NCBI GenBank assembly: GCA_964035545.1
Contig: OZ037765.1
Coordinates: forward strand, 31,867,504 to 31,931,503
From: Bugula neritina
Taxonomy: Eukaryota; Animalia; Bryozoa
Direction: 5' to 3'
DNA: 64,000 nt
In this document: piece by piece, positions 34,001 through 46,000 of the stretch
Position numbering within the stretch: the stretch's first letter is position 1
Layout: the number at the start of each line of letters is the position of its first letter
Translations under genes and position numbers: made by a program
The notes under the pieces: generated by a model
What the model was told of the DNA's origin: nothing
Databases searched by the model: none
Seen by the model: only the letters and a program-made list of their open reading frames with translations

Positions 34001-37000
34001 ACTCTAGAATGCGGTAGTGCAGAATTGCGTAAGCTGCACAATTTAAAACAGGCTATGAACATTGTCGAAGGGAAGCTGATGATCCAGTTGAAAATAAACA
34101 GCCGTCTTCGTTGGTGTGCTGTGTGTCCAAAACCCATAAGAAGAACTATTATATGGGAGACACATCGCCTAACACACAGCGGAGTTATGCGGACTGCGGC
34201 CCGGATAAAGCTACAATGGTTCTGGCCTGGCATGATGTCAGAAGTTAGAAAGACTATCAAAACTTGCGAAGTTTGTCAGATAGCAAAACTGAGTCAAATA
34301 CCCAAAACAGCAAACAAGCAGCGACTTTACAGTGGTCGCCCTTGGCAGAAGGTGGCTATAGACCTTGTGGGACCGCTTCCGGAGACTGATCGTGGTAACC
34401 AATGGATCCTAGTGCTAACGGACCATTTCACTCGTTGGCAAGATGCATTACCACTTCCCAATGCTACTGCACCTTTCGTTGCTGAAGCCTTAGACAGCCG
34501 GGTATTTTGCTATATCGGATTGCCTGAACAAATTCACTCTGATCAGGGTGCTCAATTTCAGTCGGATTTGATGCTGGAGCTCTGCAAACTTTGGAAGGTT
34601 GCCAAGAGCCGGACAACCCCCTACCATCCTCAGGGTAACAGCGTGGTGGAGAGGATGAACCGTACTTTAGGGGACTCCCTCAGATCTCTCTTGCTGGGTA
34701 GATGTCAAGAAGACTGGGATCTTCTGCTACCTCAGATAATGAGAGGGTTTCGAGCTTCTCCACACTCCGCTACCGGCGAGTCTGCCAACTTTTTAATGTT
34801 CGGGCGTGAGCTAAGATTACCTGACCAAATTTTGTATGGTGTCACCGCACAGTCGCCTACAACGGTTCAGCAATATGCTCTAGATCTTCTTGATCGGATG
34901 CAAGTTGCCCATGACATGCTAAGAGAGCGGCAACTTCAAGTACGTTCCGAGGACGCGGAGGAGCCTCCGTTATATGAAGTTGGTGACCAAGTGGCGATGG
35001 TCAATAAAAGGAAACGGAAAGGGCAAAACCCTAAGTTGGCCCCCAAGTTTGTGGGACCCTACACCATTGTCGAGGTATGGCCTAACCACACCTATAAAAT
35101 TACAAGGAATGGTCAGGAGTCCTTGCAGAATGAGTCGCGTCTAAAACGGTTCTTGGAATGCCCAGAACAGGTTGGCCAGGCTCCATTCATCCCAGAAGGA
35201 AAGAGACTCCCAAACATGAAGGGATCGAGACGTCAAATGCGTGAAACGCTTGAGGCTCAGCCTGATTTGCCATTTGACCCCCCTCCTCCCGACCATCCGG
35301 ACCCAGTAGTTCAGCCGAGCATAGGAGTTGGACAGGAATTGTTGAATGCTGAACAGCAGGATATCTCAGAGCCTGATCGCCCCAGAAGAAGTTTGAAACA
35401 TTACTTAGTAGACTACAGAAGTTAGCTGTGGATTATCTCCATGGTTCAACACTGTTCATCACAGTGATGAGTTATAATTGCCTGTATTGCTAGTACGTTT
35501 CGGGATCATATCCCCAAAGTCTGATCTAGTTCATCACTAGATTGTTTTTACGTTGTAGGATGTCGTCAAATGTGTTGGAGATTCACGAAAGCAGCGAGGA
35601 TGAGATGATGGTGACGGCTCCTTCCTCCCCACTAAGGCAGTCTCGCTGCCTCCCTCAACGTGGATGCCAGGACCAGGGCACCTCCGCTGCTGGACCCAAA
35701 ATTGTGGAATCATCACCACAATTGGGCATATAATCGTCTTCTATGCCTGGGGAACAAATGCGGGTGGTGCCAAAAGCAACTCAAAGGGTCCTAAGGAACG
35801 TTAGTGCTTCCTCCCAAGAGCGGATCAAGCAAGCCAGAGGGGAGCATGGCAACCGCACCTGTGGCGTATGTGGCTTCCAGAGTTCGGGTCGGCGTTCCCA
35901 TGGCATCCATGTGGCTGGACACTTCACCAGACACATGTGTGACTGTGGGCACGCCGAAGGGTCATACCAGGCCCTGCTCCCACATTGGAGGGCTCATGGT
36001 AACCCCCAGCTGCAAATTACCGAGATTTGCTTAGATAACCTGGAAGGAGGGGGAGCTACCTCGATTGCAGACATGGCAACGGAGCTAGTCTCCTTGAAGA
36101 AGCTCCAGCGCCGCTTGGAACGCAAGATAAAGGCAAAAGAGGAGCGGTTGAGAAATGCGGTGCACGGGACGGATTGACTTATTAATATTTCTATTATTCT
36201 TTATTGTTTTTTAAATGACCCTAGGTTTTATTTTGTCATTTAAAGGAAGGGGCTGTGTAATGGATTTGTCCTCTCATATATTCATGTCTTTTAGTTACCT
36301 ATTATAGTTATTTTTTTTGCAATTATAAAGTTTTTATTAAATAGTATTTGTGTTAGCTTTGATTATTTTTACAATTAATATTAGTTTTTTTTGTTAGTCT
36401 AACTGCGCAAAGGTTAACTTCCTGCTGCGCACGGCGGGAAGATAGAGAGGGTCGGACATTTTTGTAGGGATAGTTAGTAATTAGTTAGCTTAGCGTGGTC
36501 ACGTTTTAATTACCTAATAAAGAATCATAAACGTATCCAAGTAAGTTCTGTTTGATATTATAATAACAGGCAGCAGTAAAGTGATTACAATACCATCGAA
36601 CTGCAGCAATATTCAGTATACTAGAAGGTTGTCTAATTATAATTGTTCATCGCTTTTATAATTAGTCTAAGGTTGACAATAGTTTACACTGTTAATCCCA
36701 GTGTAGTTATTGGTTGCAAGTAATTAATTATTCATTAATTCTTGCTGTTGCCTGGTTTATAACTGCTTATCCCAGTCATAGCCAGTTTTATATTGTAGGC
36801 TGCAATAAGTAAAGGCAGGTTGTGGCAGCAAGAGAATAATCCTTTCTTGTTGTCTCCAGTTGATACTGTATTTGACAGGTTATCCCTGTTAAAACAGTAG
36901 TCATACACTTATCACAATAACCCCCACAAGTAGTTGTGTAGAGGCAACGTTAGTTCACTCGCCTTACAGTAAAAATCCTCTACAATAGTAGGTAGTGTAG

Positions 37001-40000
37001 CACTGTATAGTAGGTAGAGTAGCACGGTATAGTTACCTGAAGTTGTTGATGACCAGGTGACCTCCCATCACCTCGTTGTTGCAGGTAAGTCGTCCCTCCC
37101 TTAGGGCCTGCAGGTAAGGTACGACGGAAGATGTCTTATTGGCACACATGAGTAGAACAAGCGCCGTGTTAAGACAACTCACGTTAGCCTACAAATGAAC
37201 AGAGTTAAGAACTTAGCCTATGAATAAAGAGCTTGACCTGCTTTTTGAAGCAAGTCAATAATAATACAGACAGCTACAATATGTGTGTGTGGTGTGTGTG
37301 GTGTGTGTGTGTGTGGTCTGTGTGTGTGGTCTGTGTGTGTGGTGTGTGTGTGCGTGGTGTGTATTGTGTGTGTGGTCTGTGTGTGGTATGAGTATGTGAG
37401 TATGGTATGTACCCACCATGTGTGTGGTATGAGCACAGACACTGTCATAATTAATATTAATAGAGTAGGTGTATTTCCAACACCTAATTAATATGGTGAG
37501 GATTTAATTACCAACCAGGAGCCATCAATCATGGTAATTGCTTTGAGAAAGTAGTTGGAGTCTAGACAAGCATATCCGGGTGGCAGAGGTAAGTAGAGTA
37601 CAAATACATGTACATACGTACACCTGTGTACTTACCTGTACACACGTACAACTGTGTACTTACCTGTGATATGTTGTGGACTGTAGTAAGGCTAACAAGT
37701 TCGTGTAAGTAGTTAACTTGGTGCTGGAAATCTCCAATATAACTCAACATGTAGTTCACATTCTTGGAGTAATCTACAGGAGAGGAGGAGAGGTAACATT
37801 GCATATAAGGCAGGCAAGACAGACAGACAGACAGACAGGCAGGTACTGTATGAGGAACATTGCAGAGTAGAAATGCTAATCACAATATGAAATACAGGAA
37901 TCAGTGGTATCAGCTCTTCCATGACACTGCCCTGATGTAAAAAATAGAAATACTTTTCACATTTTATCAAGAAGGGCAAAAAAGGCAAAATTGTTAAAGT
38001 AATTTGCACTCAGTTCATTGGAACTGCAAATTAGCACAGCAGTGGCTTATGGCTTTGTGTGACAGTAGCAGTCAGTATTAATTATCCTCAGTAGACATGG
38101 GTTTTGATGTTATGGTGGATGTTGGTTACGAATGAGACATTGAGCTGTACTTTAGGTCTCACCTGCGTACTCGGGCTGCTCATTGCAGAAGAAGAAATAG
38201 GATAAGATTGTACTCCTGATGAACATGTTGGAGTCGACTATGTACGAGTTAGTCATCTCTCTGAACTTCTTCCTCTAAAGTAACAAAAACCAGAAATAAA
38301 ATTGGTAGGTGGAGGCAGGCGCCAGCAAACTTAGAAGAAGTAAAGGTTCTGAGTGGATCCAGCGAATGTAATCTAGTCAGTGGGAGAACCCAAGCAGGAA
38401 GATGAACCAGAACGAATTCAAGCAGTAATTAATGAGTGATGCTAATGCAACTTACACTTATTTTAAGAACTCTTGGCTGCTTAAAGAATACCAGCAGACA
38501 TCACCTACCACAGTGTCACCAGCTCTGTGTCCAACAGAGATTACCTACCACAGTGTCTACAGCTCTGTGTCCAGCAGACAATACCTACCACAGTGTCACC
38601 AGCTCTGTGTCCAGCAGACAACACCTACCACAGTGTCACCAGCTGAGTGTCCAGCAGAGATTACCTACCACAGTGTCTGCACTCACCAGCTCTGTGTCCA
38701 ACAGAGATTACCTACCACAGTGTCTACAGCTCTGTGTCCAGCAGACAATACCTACCACAGTGTCACCAGCTCTGTGTCCAGCAGACATCACCTACCACAG
38801 TGTCACCAGCTGAGTGTCCAGCAGAGATTACCTACCACAGTGTCTGCACTCACCAGTTCAGTAGTTCGCAGAACATCTTCGGCAATTTTAAAGGCTTCTA
38901 TATTAAACTTCATGAGTTCAGCCAAGAGGTCAAAGCTACTCTGTAATATCTCTTTGGTTTTCTGCTCACCATCCAGCAACTTTCCGACAATATGCTAAAA
39001 GACAGAATTAACCCTCATAATAAACAGGGAGAGAAGATGGCAGCCAACCAACTTGAATAGGTGGCAGCAGCTTAAAAAGGAGAGCAAAATGTAGAATAAT
39101 AGAAAATAAACGGCATGCTAACATCTTGCAGCCAACAAAATCTAGTTAATAGCATCATCAACACAACCTGTTTAATTTGAATACACATGGCCAACAAAAG
39201 TGAAGTATGTTATATACAACTGAAGTAGAAACAACACGTCACTGAGCTAAACTCCGGGGATTGGCCAGTTCCCCTAGATTCAGGCTGTTTTACTTGCAGT
39301 GACGAAATCAAACTCGACCACCACACGAATAACGCTTAACGCTGTATTTAACTGTCACTCACAGGACTTGAAAAATTCACCAGGATAATTCTAGCCTTCA
39401 ATAGCATGAAGAAATGCTAACTCAGATGACGTTTTTATTTGACCTTAGATTACGTGAAATCATTTCAAGTATGAGGAGATGATGAGGCTTACGAGTTTTT
39501 AAACTCTGACATGTCAGGCAAAAACTGAGATGATGGAGAGAGATAATCTGTATCTGAGAGTATTAAACGCCTCTACAGAACAGTATCCCCTTGTAATACG
39601 CATCTACACAGTAATGATACTACAACTTATATACCTGTAATACGCCTCTACACGGTAATGATACTACAACTTATATACCTGTAATACGCCTCTGCGAAGC
39701 AAGAACACTTGGTCACAAAATGACGTAGTGCCCCTCAAATAACTGTCTATCACTCTGCAAAACCAGAAGCAGAACGTCGAGTCTGTTGGCTCCTTTTTAA
39801 GAACTTCCACTATTTTGGCCAGCAGTCCGACCTTGCCTTTGCACATGTTGTTCCTACAAGGACACACCAACCAGCTGTACGATTCTGGCAAACGACACGC
39901 TTGACTTACAAAGCAGGCTTCCAGCAAACTGGGCAAAAAGTAAAACCATCATTGCTAAGCATTTCTATAAATTGAAGTTACCAGTTCGAGACATAAAGCT

Positions 40001-43000
40001 TATTAAATTTCCCACATCATCAAAATATTAATATATAATAGCATAATATAGTAATAATAATCAAATAATAATAATAATAAAACAATAAATAATAATAAAG
40101 CAATAATATATTATTATTATATCCGTTAAGAAACATTACTACAAGGACTGCTCCAGTATGCTATACACTTTATTAGAGTGTGAAGTTAAGTGATGGACTC
40201 ACTTATCCACCTGATCCAGCCCCTGTATCTGTAACAAACCAGCTTTCTCGTTGATTCTCTGCACTTCAGCCAGCTCACTCCTGGTCAGCATTAGATGCTT
40301 GTAGCTGAAATACACAGCAGATATCTGTCAATGGTACATAACTACAGTATAGTACAGACTGGCCAGTTTAGGAGCAGTAGTGGAGAAATTGAGATAGCCA
40401 AAGTTCTTTCAATTTGTTTATAAATTTTGGTTTGGGAGTGGGTTGAAATTCTTGAGAATATAACTTCTTTCGCTACATTTCTGATCTAGAACACAGGCTT
40501 TTCTCAATTTCTCCAATACTGCACCTACCTCACCTGGCCAGTACTAGAAATGTATTGTGAAACATGAGTTTATGGGAGGGGGGGGACATCTGTGTAATAT
40601 TACACAATGAATCAGCAAACAAAATCGGCAGCATTGTTTCCATCATGGCAGCATATTATTAGCAGTGGATGAAGGAATAAGCATGCCTCCCAGCTAAACA
40701 GATGTTAGAGATAATGGCATAACTGATGACTTCACTGATTTACACAAAAAATAGAAAATAAAGCCAAGATAAATCTCCTTAGTCTCAGCTCCTATAAAGC
40801 AAAAAGAATGTGGTTCTGCATGAGTTAGTGCCAACCCGCCACTTCCTAATGCTCATATCCATGATTCACAGCTACAAGTTTTTTGTTTCACTGACAAAAA
40901 ATAATCCAATAGCAAAAAATAGGATTTCATGTTCAGTGATATTGGCAGATGAATGTGAAACACTGCACTGGTAGTCAGTGAATGCAGAGCACTATATAAA
41001 GGCACGTTACTAGGCGATGAGACTCCTGCGACACCCCTACTAGCAGACACCCCCTACTAGCAGCATTCACTCGGCAGCAGGTAGTCACAGGAACAATATG
41101 ATTGGGTGAAATTCCTGGTTTCAGCAGCCCTCAACAGGTTTTACACCGCTGATGCACATTGTTGAACATGAAGCAGCCAAGTAACAAGCATGGCTGCTAG
41201 AATACACCTTACTACCAAACGACCTCGTATCGACCTCTTATTAGTTGACGGATGTATCAAATAATGACTGGAAATGATGTACGAGCTGTAATGCCAGTCA
41301 GTAAAGAGAACGAAAAGCAAGAAGTGAAGCCAATCAAAATCGGTCACACACCGCATTCGCACACATTTGTATGCAGTATCAGGGGAATGCTGTAAGCATT
41401 GCGAGGGACGAAACAGGATGAAATCTACCGAACCTACTCTGTTACCTATTCAATCAGCTCTGTTTCAACACTACATGGCGGAACTGCACTTGGCACCAGT
41501 ATGCCAACATGCAGTCACTGCTTAACACTTGACAGGCAAAGTTTATAAATAAATTATCCTATATCATATAAAAACCTTCAAATTCAACCCTTGTTCATAG
41601 AAATTGACTGCATAGAGATAAGGCTGCATATCCCTGTATGTAGACCATAGCGTGATATTCCTCACACTACATAGTCAACAAGATAGGCTTAGAGGTGCAA
41701 AGCAGGCAATATTTCAATTAAAACTATAAAAAGAGTTTGGAAAGAAAATGAAAAATAAGTAAAGAAAGGGAATAAAAGTTCCTAGAGCGAATATGTACAG
41801 TGCAGTTGAGAGAAAAGGAAATGAAGATGGTTTGAGGGGAAATGGCTAAATGCATGATGAAGATAAAAAGGAACAAAAAACATGACAAAGAAAGAGTATA
41901 ATGACACATTCAGTTATATTTTTTAAATTGGCGGATGGCAGAGAGCTAGCAACCAAGATTGCCAACCGCTCATTAGTCAGAAGAGTTGCCGATTGCCAAC
42001 TACGAGAGAGAGATGCTACTCACTCGGAATGATCGCAGAAGGAGTGAATCACTCTCATCACTTGTATTTTAATGGCCACTTCGGGAGAGCACTGGCAGCT
42101 GGGGTTGTGGCCGGCTAGTCTGTCGTGGGCCCCGGTTCTGTTCCTGAATATGGTAAAAGGAAACATTGAATTACACATTGCTAGACATTGCCCTTTCCCT
42201 GGTATCATACACAGTTAAATACCTAAATACAGGTATACACGAGCATACATAATATTACTAGCAATTTTAAAGCACTTGCAGACAAAAATATGCTGAAAGA
42301 GAAAAATTGTTGGGTTGCAGGGATGTTGGGTGCTGAGCAATAAAAACTCAAACCAAAGCAATCTTGACAAGGCACGTGTTGACAAACTATTAAAGGTGCT
42401 TGTGTAAACATGGACACACTGAGCACAGCTTCAACTGCCTCCTAAAAATATACAACACGCCAGACGTGACGTCATAGCACGACTCACCCTCGTACTTTCC
42501 ACACAAAGTTCTCAAACACAGCCGATAGTCCGGGGATGAGCTTCATCTCCGACACCATTTTCTGAGTTCGTCTGCGGTGTTTGCCGAGAAGGAGAAGGCC
42601 AAGGACATGCACGGCTTCTACTTTATACACGAGACTGTTGACGATGCTCATAGCTGGCTGTAAAGCCCATGGAGCACCAATATCTGTCGGCTGGGTGACA
42701 CCTACATAGCAGATTGTATATCTACGGTAATATACTATAGATACTGTAATATAATATATCTACAGTAATATACTAGATACTGTAATATAATAAATCTATT
42801 GTAACATACTATACACACTGTAAGATAATATATATATATTGTAATATAAAATACGCTATAAATCATATACAGTGTAGTATAGTAGATACACTGTAATCTA
42901 CTGTAATATAATATATAGTATATTAGATACTATAATATACCCACTGTGTGGAGTCAGTCCCTTTAGCATAATGGCTAGCAAGTTTGAAAGTCCGAGATTC

Positions 43001-46000
43001 GATTTCCGGTGGGGCAAGAGTTTTTACAAGCTACTTCAGCCTTGAGTGGTGACATAGTACCACTCCTAGGGAGTTGTGGGACAGGTGGAGCGCAAGAACT
43101 GACAGAGTAGTAGAGGGGTCAGTGTAGTCTGTGTATAATGTGGTGTTGAGATGTCCCAGTAGCCCCTACAGTGTGACAGGTAGCTTGCGAGTCCGGGTTC
43201 AATTCCCGGTGGTTAGTACTCCTAGGGAGTTGAGGGGCTGGCAGAGCCCATGAACTCATGGAGTTATATTATTACAACCTGTATTGTACCCTCATGATGA
43301 TGAGGAACCGTCAGCCAACGCTGTTTTACGCAAAAAGTCCAGACGCTCACCTGATATAAACTCGGAGACATCTACGTCACTGTCTGGAAGGTCGAGCAAA
43401 TCGTCTGAGTTGGAGTCGTCTATCCATTGCATCCAGTTTTCCACTTCACCATTGAGACCCATGTACCTTGGCGAATCTGACAATAGAAGAACAGTTTTAC
43501 CTGTAAAACTTGCTGCCAGACCAACAATAGGCAGCAGTTAATATTATGCCGACAAGCGTACAATTACAGAAGTATCAACAGTATCAACTTTTCTAGAAAC
43601 TTAATAATAGCCCAGCAAATGTGGTACACATTAACTGTTCTAGATGAAATCTTTGTAAAATGCTTTTTTATACAATTAATTCACCAGAGATTAGCAGTGA
43701 ATAGTACCAGTGTGTGTGGTATTGCAATACCTACTCTGTATTAGTTAGTATAATTTATATGCTAATCATTTCCATTATCTTAGTCAGACTATAAAAAACT
43801 AAAGTGCATCATTTCTCCTACTGTTGACTATAATAAGAGATGATACAGCAGAAAAATAACCATTAGACCCCACACTGTGTGACCCTAATTGAAGTTTTCA
43901 CAGTAAACAAGAGGTAAAGAGAAAGCAACATGCAGTTCCTCATTTCTAAGAAAGACGAAGGACAACAACAGATAATTACGAGTGTGGGCTACTCGAGACG
44001 GTCTTGTCCACAAAGCAAACTCCAGCTGAATGGCTGTTTTTTGCTACAGCTTTGCAAGAATAAAAAAGTCAAAATATTACGATATGGAGTTGGAAGGTCT
44101 GGCATAAACACGTCTGGCGAAGTAGCGAATCAAACGGCATGACAAATATTGAGAGAAAACAAGAAGGTAAATATAAAGAAGAGGGGAGATGAAATGTTAG
44201 ACGAACACCCTTGCCAGAATACACATTACAGGTCAATGATGAAATATGACTGAGAAAACATAGTCAGGCATTCACAGACGAGATGAAACACAAAGAAGTG
44301 GAAAGAGTCATTGGTAAGGTTGGTACTTCATGCGTTGAGTAGACAGAAATAGCCAACGGTGAATAGGCTAGCATAGACTCTACGCTACTCTGAGCAACCA
44401 AGACAAAAGAAGACAGTTAGCAGCCCAAGCATAAAAATATATAACTACAGCAACCACCAGTGTGCTACAGTACTCCCCACAACAGAGAATGTAAGAGAGA
44501 TCATGGGGTGGTCTAAGCACAGAGGTACCGGCACAGACTCATGAGTATGCTGTCCCAGCATGCACTGCCCACACTACAGCGGCACAGCCAGAGATAGTAC
44601 TTTCAGCTCAGGTTTCTTATTACAAGGCTTATTCACTTCATCACATAGTAACATACTGAATGAATTAGTAGTTGATTCACAACTACTGCATGTTAATGTA
44701 TTTTATTTATAGACATGATGTGAATATATTTAATATTTTACATAATTATACTGCCAATAAACAAAGTACTGTCTATACACATCATAGAGCTGATCGGCAC
44801 ATGTTATGTGACTGCATGTCATGTGACTGCACATCATGTGACTGCAGAGGTAAGCACCACCATGCATACACACTTACAGTCCTGTTTGCAGGCAAAGTCC
44901 ACCAGCTTTTTAATGAGAGACGGAATTTGAAGCAAGAACTCCTGGTTGAGATCTCTAATGTTCACAAACCCTTCGCCACGCTTCTGTTTATTCTGAGCAA
45001 ACACTGCAATATGTACAGAATATTATAGATATAGAGTATACTACATAGATATAGAGTATACTACATAGATATAGAGTATACTACATAGATATAGAGTATA
45101 CTACGTAGATATAGACTATACTACATAGATATAGAGTATACTACATAGATATAGAGTATACTACATAGATATAGACTATACTACATAGATATAGACTATA
45201 CTACATAGATATAGAGTATACTAGATAGATATAGAGTATACTACATAGATATCGAGTATACTAGATAGATATAGAGTATACTACATACATGTAGAGTATA
45301 GATAAATGTAAAAGGGTGACTCACGTGATATTTTATTGTCATAGACATCTAGGTCAGACACTGTGACAGCCAGTATCCGACAGAAATTCATAAATTTGTC
45401 CCCTTCTAATCGGGAAATTATTTCTGTGATGTGTGCTGAAATATTATGGTAGAAATGAGTTGAAATGTACTGTACACAGTGTGAGTATACAGATGACAGT
45501 GTAAGTATACAGCGTGAGTACTAGTAAAGAGTAAGTACTAGTGAAGAGTAAGTACTAGTAAAGAGTACTAGTGAAGAGTAAGTACTAGTAAAGAGTAAGT
45601 ACTCACGTATAGTGCTGAGTATCAGGACGGGACGGTTTTGCAGTATGTCTTCCAGCAGAGAGCAGGCGGAGAGGAACGTCTGCTTGTATTGAAGGTAATA
45701 AAACATTTGAATCATGAACTCGTCATCGGCAGCGAGATCTCGCGCCACCTGCTCACCGACGCTGTCCTGAATGCAAAGGCAGCAGAAAGTTTTAATAAAA
45801 TGGAGCAAGTGAAGAGAATAAGTTAAACAGTACTATATATATATATATATATATAATGAGTAACTTACACCGACATACATTATATACTGTACGAGTAACT
45901 TATACTGATAGACATTTACCATCAGTAAGTTATACTGTGCTAAGCATACAGAAGGTATCTAGCAAATTTATAAAAACATAATTTAAGGTTCAAAAAGTGT

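Larger units (their letters stand above)
32029..36984 (+). mobile_element. Internally deleted (non-autonomous) Ty3/Gypsy LTR retrotransposon (element 2)
   Basis: LTRs 32029-32771 and 36256-36984 (TGTAA...CTACA); perfect 4-bp TSD ATAG (32025-32028 / 36985-36988); PBS TGGTGGCAGCGGTGGGAT 32773-32790; PPT AAAGGAAGGGG at ~36242; gag and integrase present, PR/RT/RH absent. Confidence 0.95.

Noticed and set aside
38432-38998. Repetitive plus-strand ORFs / CRISPR-like look of the 40-bp array
   Set aside because: Head-to-tail tandem repeat with no unique spacers and no cas genes; eukaryotic intron, antisense to TRPC4AP.
41100-41540. Possible decayed LINE 3' fragment (CKHC...HY motif); similar protein-like stretch at 43900-44600
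   Set aside because: Too degenerate to support without a database search.
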